Positions 28,615 to 36,163 of a DNA stretch of 64,000 nt are shown piece by piece; within the stretch, counting starts at the first letter, position 1; every line of letters starts with the position of its first letter. The notes under the pieces were generated by a model. The model had not been told where the DNA came from and ran no database searches. It saw nothing but the letters and a program-made list of their open reading frames with translations. The DNA lies in IMG/VR virus record IMGVR_UViG_3300044857_000472. The stretch is one strand, 5' to 3'. The stretch comes from a virus. The position numbers were made by a program, and so were the translations under genes.

Positions 28615-28723
28615 AAAATTAAGATCGAGTCACTCGGCTTACTCTCCATGTGTATTACTACTCCTCTGACCCCATAACTAGGTTTTTGCTCCGCTTTGTT
28701 TCCCTAGTTATGGGGACTTTTTT
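28613..28723 (+). ncRNA. Candidate phage small RNA (about 111 nt)
   Basis: Late-type promoter, small hairpin CGAG-tca-CTCG, three CTCC motifs, 13-bp stem (28670-28682/28703-28715) followed by T6; only a 9-codon ORF without an SD. Confidence 0.55.
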
Positions 28724-28741
28724 CTAAAAAAAAAACAACTT

Positions 28742-28771
28742 CCCTTATACCCTCCAAAGAAGGTATAAGGG
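28742..28771 (-). terminator. Conserved-family terminator hairpin
   Basis: CCCTTATACC-ctccaaagaa-GGTATAAGGG. Confidence 0.8.
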
Positions 28772-28775
28772 TTAA

Positions 28776-29168
28776 TTAGTAGTCCATTACGACTTTACGG
28801 TATATAGATTGATAGGATTTTGGTAGACCTTTAGCTATAAAAGCTTCGATTAACTCGATAGCTTCTAGATCTTTAGGTCTACCAAGTTGCCTTTTCTCTT
28901 TAATAATACTTTCAAGAGTTTGACACTGAAAACCATCAATCAGCACATAATCGATGGTATTTCTTACACTACCAAATCCAAAATCAAATTTCTGAGCTTT
29001 TTTACTTGAAAATTTAAGACGGCTGATATATTTAATATGAATAAGTATATCAATGTCATTAGTTTGATCTTTTACTCCATGCATAACCATACTGGCACCA
29101 TGTAGTAAATATCCATGTCTTAAATTGAACTCTACTACTAGTTTAACCATTTCTTTTTTGTCGATCAT
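28776..29168 (-). CDS. Minimal nucleotidyltransferase (Pol-beta superfamily)
   Basis: LLHGASMVMHGVKDQTNDIDILI (G-x...DxD) and C-terminal LESIIKEKRQLGRPKDLEAIELI. Confidence 0.7.
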   Translation of the reverse strand: MIDKKEMVKLVVEFNLRHGYLLHGASMVMHGVKDQTNDIDILIHIKYISRLKFSSKKAQKFDFGFGSVRNTIDYVLIDGFQCQTLESIIKEKRQLGRPKDLEAIELIEAFIAKGLPKSYQSIYRKVVMDY

Positions 29169-29202
29169 GATTAAAAATCCTTTACTTAGTCAGAGATCAT
29201 CG

Positions 29203-29214
29203 TAATTATATATG
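29203..29214 (-). promoter_or_regulatory. Variant early-type promoter motif
   Basis: CATATATAATTA on minus, upstream of 29168. Confidence 0.3.
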
Positions 29215-29249
29215 TATATTAAGCCTACAGTTACAAAAAAAAAGAATGA

Positions 29250-29279
29250 ACCCTATACCCTCCGAAGAAGGTATAGGGT
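29250..29279 (-). terminator. Conserved-family terminator hairpin (cUUCGg loop on minus)
   Basis: ACCCTATACC-ctccgaagaa-GGTATAGGGT. Confidence 0.8.
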
Positions 29280-29283
29280 AGTT

Positions 29284-29649
29284 TTATTTGATTCGCTTAG
29301 AAGAATCTTGACAGATATTTGAGTATCCATCAACTTCTTTTACAACTCTACCATCATAGTAGTATTTGGTAATTAAATCGAATTTCCATACGCTACCAAT
29401 AGGTACTTTTGTACTATAAAAAGCGCAACGCTTTGATACATACATATGGCGGTAAATCACACCCGTTTCATTATCCTGTACGGTAATATAGAATCGCTTA
29501 GGGGGATCCACATCAATTACAGTAAACTTATGACTTTCTTTAATTTCTTTGATAGGATGATACTTACTAAAATCAATCTTATTGACTAAAGCTACGCAAA
29601 GCGCTACCGCTAGAATCGTTATAATTACAGTAGTTAATTTAGGACGCAT
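29284..29649 (-). CDS. Membrane-anchored hypothetical protein (121 aa)
   Basis: N-terminal hydrophobic helix VIITILAVALCVALV. Confidence 0.65.
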   Translation of the reverse strand: MRPKLTTVIITILAVALCVALVNKIDFSKYHPIKEIKESHKFTVIDVDPPKRFYITVQDNETGVIYRHMYVSKRCAFYSTKVPIGSVWKFDLITKYYYDGRVVKEVDGYSNICQDSSKRIK

Positions 29650-29957
29650 TATTCAGCATCCTCAATTACTAGATATCCATCAGTGAATCTACCAGATAGT
29701 ACAATAGTTTCACCATTTGGAAGGGTACCAATTGCCAGCTTTCCAGTTTTGTAAATTTTTATCTCTTTATACTTAAAGAGATTGCCTTTCATATTGATGA
29801 TTTTGTTACCTTGGCGAACAGTAACCGTAATATATTGAGTAGTTTCTTCAATTGTGGCATCGCCATTATTGATATTATAAGTATCTGCAAAACTATCACC
29901 TGTAAAAATGAAAGTTAATGCAATACCTAAAGCGATTGTATAAAAGATCTTTTTCAT
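29649..29957 (-). CDS. Secreted hypothetical protein (102 aa)
   Basis: Signal-peptide-like MKKIFYTIALGIALTFIFTGDSFA. Confidence 0.65.
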   Translation of the reverse strand: MKKIFYTIALGIALTFIFTGDSFADTYNINNGDATIEETTQYITVTVRQGNKIINMKGNLFKYKEIKIYKTGKLAIGTLPNGETIVLSGRFTDGYLVIEDAE

Positions 29958-30454
29958 TAATCAATATCCCATTCAATTTCCGAAGACTTCGGTTCAGCCA
30001 ATTCAATATGATAAGAAAATTCATATCTGCCAAGCCTACCGCATTCTACAGGAATATCCTGATCATTATCTACTTCTTCAATAATGGTATTCAGGTTATT
30101 TATGAGAAAAGCGCCTACAAGAATTTTTATTACTTCACCATCAGTTTGAACTTTAAATTTACCTGTATCATTATCTAAAATAGAAACTTTAAGTCTATTC
30201 GACTCTTTTCCATCACCATCAATTAGTACTATATTAGCAGAAAATGATAAGCCGAAACTCTGGAGATTATTTTTGATATGGAAATATTCAGGAGAAATTT
30301 TTTCCTTAAAATGATAATGTAATTGAGCTATGGCATCTCCTGATAAATTAATATAATCTCTACAGAATGTAATTTCCGGAGCTTTTATATCAAAAGAGTT
30401 TCCATTGGAGTGCTCTATAAAAGATCTTGGATGGAGTTCATAATTTATAGACAT
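29957..30454 (-). CDS. Hypothetical protein (165 aa)
   Basis: 1-nt overlaps with both neighbours. Confidence 0.65.
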   Translation of the reverse strand: MSINYELHPRSFIEHSNGNSFDIKAPEITFCRDYINLSGDAIAQLHYHFKEKISPEYFHIKNNLQSFGLSFSANIVLIDGDGKESNRLKVSILDNDTGKFKVQTDGEVIKILVGAFLINNLNTIIEEVDNDQDIPVECGRLGRYEFSYHIELAEPKSSEIEWDID

Positions 30455-31050
30455 TATCTTGCCGTCCCTTCATCATAATGTAATTTTAATAACATCCATA
30501 CGGCACGGTATACGTTATCGCCAGATATGAATAATGGATTGGAATCAACTTTAAAATAAATACGCTGCTTTAATTCGTTAATCGTTTCAGGCATTAAATC
30601 GCCAATGAAACGATTTAGATGACCGCTTGTACTGGTAACACTTTCAGTTATAACACGGTATAAATAAGCATTTTTAAAAGCTTCTCTTTTAAGATTGTAA
30701 ATATGCTTAAAGTTATTTTCATTTTGGAAACTTTCACCACCAATACGACTTTGTACTATACGTTTATTAAAAATTGAAATAGGAACATCAATTTCTATTT
30801 CTACACGGGTGCAGAAAGAACTACGCATATAATAGAATGGTTTTTGTATATAATCTGGAAAAACTTTAGTAATTTTAGTATAAATATAATTAGAAAGATG
30901 AATTATATCACTAAACACATCTTCAATAGTACAAACTTTGTCGCCAATTGTTTTAATACTAAAAACTAAAGTTATCATTTCCTCATCATAATAACATGCT
31001 TTTTTGCATGGAGTATTTTGAAAGTCGTATACTTTATGCATCTTCAACAT
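30454..31050 (-). CDS. Hypothetical protein (198 aa)
   Basis: Overlaps both neighbours in the operon. Confidence 0.65.
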   Translation of the reverse strand: MLKMHKVYDFQNTPCKKACYYDEEMITLVFSIKTIGDKVCTIEDVFSDIIHLSNYIYTKITKVFPDYIQKPFYYMRSSFCTRVEIEIDVPISIFNKRIVQSRIGGESFQNENNFKHIYNLKREAFKNAYLYRVITESVTSTSGHLNRFIGDLMPETINELKQRIYFKVDSNPLFISGDNVYRAVWMLLKLHYDEGTAR

Positions 31051-31393
31051 CCTCTACTTCAATTTTATAATGAATGTCATTAAATGATTCAATACTGCCA
31101 TCGATATATACAATTAACATTTCCGGCATAAAGAAATGCTTTTTTATAACGGAAATATTTGTTTTTTCTTCAAATAAACCGTTAGGGTTAAATAGCCTTA
31201 ATATTTTAGTCGTATTTCTGTTTTGTGGAGGATAGAACTCAATCCACTTATCATTAGTTCTAGTTTTTACTTCATAATCTGAAGAATTTGAATTTGATTT
31301 TCTACTAGAAGCCATACCGTTTTCCCTTATTCTATAAATTTCTGATGCAAGTCTATCTTGTGGAGATGAATCTACATAGTCATCAAAAAACAT
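31034..31393 (-). CDS. Hypothetical protein (119 aa)
   Basis: GAGG SD; first gene after an early-type motif. Confidence 0.65.
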   Translation of the reverse strand: MFFDDYVDSSPQDRLASEIYRIRENGMASSRKSNSNSSDYEVKTRTNDKWIEFYPPQNRNTTKILRLFNPNGLFEEKTNISVIKKHFFMPEMLIVYIDGSIESFNDIHYKIEVEDVEDA

Positions 31394-31433
31394 GATAACC
31401 TCTTGAAAAAAATTGATCTAATGTATCATTAGA

Positions 31434-31443
31434 ATAATATATG
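31434..31443 (-). promoter_or_regulatory. Early-type promoter motif
   Basis: CATATATTAT on minus, upstream of 31393. Confidence 0.55.
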
Positions 31444-31461
31444 AACAAAAAAGCTATTAAT

Positions 31462-31491
31462 AATCCGTATCTTGGTAAAAAGATACGGATT
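31462..31491 (-). terminator. Terminator hairpin
   Basis: AATCCGTATCTT / AAGATACGGATT inverted repeat after the stop at 31496. Confidence 0.65.
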
Positions 31492-31495
31492 CATT

Positions 31496-32005
31496 TTAAA
31501 GACTTAGATCAAAATTGACATATGCTTCAGAGAAGAGATCAGAGAATTCATTCTCAAGATATTCTTTAACTTTATCAATATTAGGAAAAGCTACCGCATC
31601 ACTAAAGGTAATGAAGTCATTAGTAAGGTAGTTAAAGAGAATTTCTGAAAGTACCTCATATGGTTTATTTTCTAGCTCTTCCATTTTACTAGTAATTTCT
31701 TCATCACTAGTGACTTCATGAGTCATACGGAAGTCTTCAATAGTCTGACATACGATAACTTTATCATTATGACAATAAATAAATGAAGTTGTACCACCGA
31801 CTAAAGGCTGAACTGGAATATAATGATCATGAATCTCTTCAATAATTTCAGTATAGAAATCTTCAAGACTGTTAACCATAGCAGTAAACTCTAATGGTTT
31901 ACTTTCCATTAATTCTTTCCATTCTGGAATAGCATCAAAAATTTTTGTAGCAAATTCATTAAAACTTTTAGTACTATTTTCTAAACATTCTTCAATAATA
32001 TTCAT
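31496..32005 (-). CDS. Hypothetical acidic protein (169 aa)
   Basis: ORF with AAGG SD. Confidence 0.7.
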   Translation of the reverse strand: MNIIEECLENSTKSFNEFATKIFDAIPEWKELMESKPLEFTAMVNSLEDFYTEIIEEIHDHYIPVQPLVGGTTSFIYCHNDKVIVCQTIEDFRMTHEVTSDEEITSKMEELENKPYEVLSEILFNYLTNDFITFSDAVAFPNIDKVKEYLENEFSDLFSEAYVNFDLSL

Positions 32006-32016
32006 TTCTATTAGCC

Positions 32017-32193
32017 TTAAATCGATTGGTATTCATTAACTGCATCAGACAAGGCTTCTTCAAGAGAACTACCCCATCCAGTAACACCTTTATAAACTAC
32101 TTCATACATAGAGGTGTCATCATTAAATCTTCCTTGAAATTTTTCTTTTTTACCTTCTATGGTAATTTCATAATTACTAAATTTTTTAGCCAT
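32017..32193 (-). CDS. 58-aa protein with HicB-like motif (not in the ORF track)
   Basis: Translated by hand: MAKKFSNYEITIEGKKEKFQGRFNDDTSMYEVVYKGVTGWGSSLEEALSDAVNEYQSI; GAGGTG SD. Confidence 0.6.
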   Translation of the reverse strand: MAKKFSNYEITIEGKKEKFQGRFNDDTSMYEVVYKGVTGWGSSLEEALSDAVNEYQSI

Positions 32194-32220
32194 TACACAC
32201 CTCTTTACAAAAAAGTAAAA

Positions 32221-32250
32221 CCCTTATACCCTCCGAAGAAGGTATAAGGG
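32221..32250 (-). terminator. Conserved-family terminator hairpin (cUUCGg loop on minus)
   Basis: CCCTTATACC-ctccgaagaa-GGTATAAGGG after the Nampt-like gene. Confidence 0.8.
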
Positions 32251-32257
32251 ATGTTTA

Positions 32258-34036
32258 TTACAGTTGGCTATTCAAACGTTGACGGATCACAGTAAAATCT
32301 TCATTAGCGGCTTCAGTAAACTTACCGTTTTTGAAAATCATACGCAATTCGTTATCATCTGAATCAATTTGATCAAGAGTCAGGTCTTCTACTAACTGCA
32401 GTACACCTTTATCATTACGAATGACTTTAAGGAAGCCACGCGCTGATTTCTTACCTGGATCAGTCTTAGGTTCTTTACTAACGAGAATAGTACGGTCGCC
32501 GATGATTGAACCTGTAGCTTTACAAGCAAAGCCGAAGGTATCACGGGTATTCATCTGATAAGTAAAGGAACCGATACCCAATACTACGTTAGATGATGCA
32601 AAACCTTTCTCTTTAAGACGAGTAAAGATTTCTACAGCACGAGGAATAGTAATTGAGTCACCATAGATCAAACCGATATGGTCATTCAGTACTTTAAAGC
32701 CTTTAGTGTTAACTGAACCACCAAAGATATCCCAAAGCACTTCAATAGAACCTTTTACTTCATGAGTAGGGAGAATTTCATCCTGAATATAGAAACCTTC
32801 AAATTCGTCTTCATCTTCTGTTACAGCATAGAAGTTTCCGTTAACCATTACCGCTTCTGGATAAGGAAGAGAAGCATCCATTTCATTAATGTAACGATAA
32901 GCTTCAGATTCAGAGATAAAGTTCTTCTCTGGATAACGGAGACCACAAATTACTTTTACAGGGTCACCACTATCAGGACGAATTACCAGTTTACCAGCTC
33001 GCTTAGTAATTGACTCCAACAGGTCAGGGAGAATAACCGTCAGTACTGACCAGTAGTCGTAGGAGTCAGCTACATAAGAACATAAGCCTTCAGGTACGAT
33101 AGAAGTAATATAATGCTCAAGATAGATTTTTTCAGCTTTTAAACGTAGTGCATCAAGACTCAGGTTTGTACCATCAATCTCTGATTGTTTACGTAGGTCT
33201 TCTACGATATACATAATATTCGTAGTTGCTACAGAGTGCTCAGTTGCCGGAATACTACCCGCTACGAACTCACCTTCAGGGATTCTGTAGAAATCATGAA
33301 CTGCTTCAATAGCCAGAACAGTATCAGTACCACTAAATGACATGATATGAGCGATACCATTCTTATAGCCTTCTTCACTACAACCTAACCCACGGAATGA
33401 GAAGTCATGGAATTGGAAATCAACATGAAGATTGTTATCACAAGTTTCTTCAGCAAACTTCATACCGAGACGTTTGTAATGGAACGCAATAGTAGCGTTA
33501 GTCATTACCTTCCAGGTTTCGTCAGATAATACTGATTCGAAGTAGTTGGTTAACCATGCAAAATAGTTGTCAGCATATTTCCCTGAAAGATCATAGTCAG
33601 GAACTTTAGGGTTGGTATTGTGTACGGTATACACTGGTACCTGAATAGGGACTAAGTAGCCTTCAGGGATGCAACGGATTTCTAATGGGAGATATCCGAG
33701 GGTATGGAGAGCTTCTAAATGTTTTAAAGAGACTTTGTCTTTACCTAATGAAGCGTCTACGATGCGTTTGTATTTAACAATGGCTACTTCTTTAGGAAGT
33801 TGGAAGAAGGTTACTGACCAGAGGGATACAAGCATTTTGATACGCATTGAAATCCCTGCTGAGATAACACCACGTTTTTGATCATCCCAATAGTGATTAA
33901 AGTACTTATCTGAACGAGGAGTAAAGTTGGTAAAGATTACTTTACTTTCTTTATGGTACATGCTAGGATGACCAATTTTATAGAAGTCGGTAGACAGTGA
34001 TGCAGAAGGTACAGCTAAGCCATTTTCAAGAAACAT
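32258..34036 (-). CDS. Nicotinamide phosphoribosyltransferase-like enzyme (Namat of NARP1 if paired with Adps)
   Basis: TDFYKIGH, FHDFSFRG, HIMSFSGTDT, SIPATEHSV, VADSYD, LVIRPDSGDP, GLIYGDSIT, LGIGSFTYQMNTRDTFGFACK. Confidence 0.93.
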   Translation of the reverse strand: MFLENGLAVPSASLSTDFYKIGHPSMYHKESKVIFTNFTPRSDKYFNHYWDDQKRGVISAGISMRIKMLVSLWSVTFFQLPKEVAIVKYKRIVDASLGKDKVSLKHLEALHTLGYLPLEIRCIPEGYLVPIQVPVYTVHNTNPKVPDYDLSGKYADNYFAWLTNYFESVLSDETWKVMTNATIAFHYKRLGMKFAEETCDNNLHVDFQFHDFSFRGLGCSEEGYKNGIAHIMSFSGTDTVLAIEAVHDFYRIPEGEFVAGSIPATEHSVATTNIMYIVEDLRKQSEIDGTNLSLDALRLKAEKIYLEHYITSIVPEGLCSYVADSYDYWSVLTVILPDLLESITKRAGKLVIRPDSGDPVKVICGLRYPEKNFISESEAYRYINEMDASLPYPEAVMVNGNFYAVTEDEDEFEGFYIQDEILPTHEVKGSIEVLWDIFGGSVNTKGFKVLNDHIGLIYGDSITIPRAVEIFTRLKEKGFASSNVVLGIGSFTYQMNTRDTFGFACKATGSIIGDRTILVSKEPKTDPGKKSARGFLKVIRNDKGVLQLVEDLTLDQIDSDDNELRMIFKNGKFTEAANEDFTVIRQRLNSQL

Positions 34037-34050
34037 AGTGTAATTCCTTA

Positions 34051-34221
34051 TTAAATATTTTCGTCGAAGGTTTCTGGAAACTCTCTGAATCCAGATAGTA
34101 CGGTATAACCTAACTCTTTTAGTAAAGCTTCTACTTGCTTTTGAGAGTACGCTGGATAACTATGATCGGCAAACGTACATCTAGGAGCTGGAAGCCTTAC
34201 TGTTTTTTCTTCGTCAGCCAT
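34051..34221 (-). CDS. Small hypothetical protein (56 aa) between the Prs-like and Nampt-like genes
   Basis: ATG at 34221 overlaps the Prs-like stop (TAATG). Confidence 0.5.
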   Translation of the reverse strand: MADEEKTVRLPAPRCTFADHSYPAYSQKQVEALLKELGYTVLSGFREFPETFDENI

Positions 34222-35045
34222 TACTTCTCCATCAGAGTCCAATCTTGGAAGGCCATTACTTTTTCAATACCTGCTTCATGGAGAACTTCTTTACCTTTAG
34301 AGAAGATACCATGAGTAACATACAGGTGAACCGCGTTAGCCCCATTAGCTTTGAGAATTTCAGCTAATTTAATAAAGGTCATACCCCCATCACAGATATC
34401 ATCAATGATCAATACATTACGACCTTTGACTTTTTCTTCACCTACTACAGTTGTACCACTAATACGACCAGTAGCTACATCACGATGCTTCATTCCTACT
34501 ACTAAATCACTACTAGGGATATTTGCAGAAGCCATGAATTCATAGACTTTCTTAAGCGCACCGCCATCAGGAGAACATACTACATATTGGTTGCTAAGAA
34601 TAGCTTCTCGCCCAATTTTATCCATTGCAACGTGGTGCTGCTTATATTCACGCAAATTCTTAATAGAATAGGCCGAAACGTCGCTATGAAGGTCGTAAAC
34701 ATAAACCTCGTCAAAAGCCATCATATTGATAACTTCGCTCATCATTTCGAGAGACAGAGGCTCACCTTTAACTGCAATACGGTCTTGACGGGCATAAGGA
34801 AGATAAGGGATAATTAGAGTACGATGAGCTGTATGATCTAACGTATCCAAATGCTTAACGGCATTGTTGAGCAGCATCATATCCACCATAGCTTCTGGAC
34901 TATGCAAGTCTACATAGATAGATACTTTACTGATTTTAGCTTGAGGTACAGTACCCATGTTAATTTTAACATGGCGTTCACCGCCTGGGAAGCTAAAGAA
35001 TTCTAATTTAGAAGCGTAACCATTTAACTGAAGACTAATAGACAT
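34221..35045 (-). CDS. prs: Ribose-phosphate pyrophosphokinase-like enzyme (Adps of NARP1 if paired with Namat)
   Basis: FPGGERHVKI, PYLPYARQDR, DLHS, SPDGGA, VLIIDDICDGGMTF, YVTHGIFSKG. Confidence 0.92.
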   Translation of the reverse strand: MSISLQLNGYASKLEFFSFPGGERHVKINMGTVPQAKISKVSIYVDLHSPEAMVDMMLLNNAVKHLDTLDHTAHRTLIIPYLPYARQDRIAVKGEPLSLEMMSEVINMMAFDEVYVYDLHSDVSAYSIKNLREYKQHHVAMDKIGREAILSNQYVVCSPDGGALKKVYEFMASANIPSSDLVVGMKHRDVATGRISGTTVVGEEKVKGRNVLIIDDICDGGMTFIKLAEILKANGANAVHLYVTHGIFSKGKEVLHEAGIEKVMAFQDWTLMEK

Positions 35046-35056
35046 GATTGTATTCC

Positions 35057-35149
35057 TTAATATAAATAAACTACTGAAACTATGATGACTGCACTAATGA
35101 GTATTGAAACTAAAGTACATAATGAAATATAACCTAGTATTTCACTCAA
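35057..35149 (-). CDS. 30-aa single-pass membrane peptide (not in the ORF track)
   Basis: Translated by hand: MSEILGYISLCTLVSILISAVIIVSVVYLY; TTG start overlaps the upstream TGA; AAAGGA SD. Confidence 0.5.
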   Translation of the reverse strand: MSEILGYISLCTLVSILISAVIIVSVVYLY

Positions 35150-35511
35150 TAATCTTTTCCTTTACAGTTACTGGCTAATTCACATTTATCATGATAAGAA
35201 CCATTTAGAAAAACCTGAGTTTGTTTATAGGTCTCTTGAGTCTTACCATTTTGCCTAGTTTTTGTCTGTACGGTAGTTACAGAATTATAATCTTCTGTAA
35301 AGAAGATTACCATATTAGAATAACCTGTAGGAGCTACTTCTACCATAAATACGTCTCTGCCATCAGGAAGCGTACCTGCTTTAATTGGATTAGCAAAGTT
35401 ATGATTGTTTTCTGGGTTATTAAAAGCAGCCTCAGTCACTGGAGCCGAATCGCAACCAGTAACAGTGAAACTAAAAAATACTAATGTAGTTATTAAAATT
35501 ATTTTCCACAT
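35146..35511 (-). CDS. Lipoprotein (121 aa)
   Basis: MWKIILITTLVFFSFTVTG-C lipobox signal. Confidence 0.75.
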   Translation of the reverse strand: MWKIILITTLVFFSFTVTGCDSAPVTEAAFNNPENNHNFANPIKAGTLPDGRDVFMVEVAPTGYSNMVIFFTEDYNSVTTVQTKTRQNGKTQETYKQTQVFLNGSYHDKCELASNCKGKDY

Positions 35512-35663
35512 GGTTTAGTTTCACCTGTCAAGACAAAGGATGCATCCATATCTACTAGATTCAAAGATTCTACAGCCGTTTCAGCAGATTCCAAAGAGTC
35601 TTCATAAATCCAGATAGTTTGATGGAATAGCCCATAAGAGTATACGTTTACTGCAAAAAGCAT
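35499..35663 (-). CDS. 54-aa hypothetical protein (not in the ORF track)
   Basis: Translated by hand: MLFAVNVYSYGLFHQTIWIYEDSLESAETAVESLNLVDMDASFVLTGETKPCGK; fills the gap between two co-oriented genes. Confidence 0.55.
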   Translation of the reverse strand: MLFAVNVYSYGLFHQTIWIYEDSLESAETAVESLNLVDMDASFVLTGETKPCGK

Positions 35664-35664
35664 T

Positions 35665-36060
35665 TTAATATCCTACTATGAAAGATTTAAGTTTCTGAGT
35701 CTTTTCGTCAATTTCAGTTTCTTTTACGTAAAGCCTTACATAATCTATATCTTTATGGATTATTGACATGGCTCTAGATTGTACTGAAATAGAACTGCCA
35801 TGACCGCATAAAGTTGAAATAGTGGAACGAAAATTACCTTTATATTCCTTTGTAGGAGTAAATTTCAATAGTCTATTTTCAGAATCCTTATCAATTTGGA
35901 AGAAGATTCTGTAATAGCTTGCCTTTTCACTGAAATTTTTAGCTAAGAGTTTAGCTAGAGCCATATTAATAGAAAACCCTGTTCCGTTAGGGCGAACAAA
36001 GCATTCAGATATGGAATCTTTTTTCTCAACCTTATCAGTACTAGAAATGTTTACAAACAT
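35665..36060 (-). CDS. Hypothetical protein (131 aa)
   Basis: GAGG SD; first gene after an early-type motif. Confidence 0.65.
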   Translation of the reverse strand: MFVNISSTDKVEKKDSISECFVRPNGTGFSINMALAKLLAKNFSEKASYYRIFFQIDKDSENRLLKFTPTKEYKGNFRSTISTLCGHGSSISVQSRAMSIIHKDIDYVRLYVKETEIDEKTQKLKSFIVGY

Positions 36061-36096
36061 TAGTTTAACCTCTTATTAATAAGATTTATCATTAAT

Positions 36097-36106
36097 ATAA
36101 TATATT
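36097..36106 (-). promoter_or_regulatory. Early-type promoter motif
   Basis: AATATATTAT on minus, heading the operon that contains the Prs-like and Nampt-like genes. Confidence 0.5.
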
Positions 36107-36127
36107 ACTAAAAAAAGAATTATAATT

Positions 36128-36159
36128 TCTCCCATACCCTCTTTTGAAGGTATGGGAGA
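36128..36159 (-). terminator. Conserved-family terminator hairpin
   Basis: TCTCCCATACC-ctcttttgaa-GGTATGGGAGA. Confidence 0.8.
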
Positions 36160-36163
36160 TTGG

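Noticed and set aside
28648-28677. 9-codon ORF (MCITTPLTP) in the candidate sRNA
   Set aside because: No Shine-Dalgarno sequence, and it runs into the terminator stem; treated as non-coding.
28620-28720. CsrA/RsmA sponge on the minus strand (several GGA motifs)
   Set aside because: The promoter and U-tract point to plus-strand transcription, and minus-strand transcription should stop at the 28742 hairpin. Only two GGA sites fit ANGGA.
32026-32247. Plus-strand 73-aa ORF in the track
   Set aside because: It overlaps a terminator hairpin and is antisense to the better-supported 58-aa minus-strand ORF, which has a strong SD.
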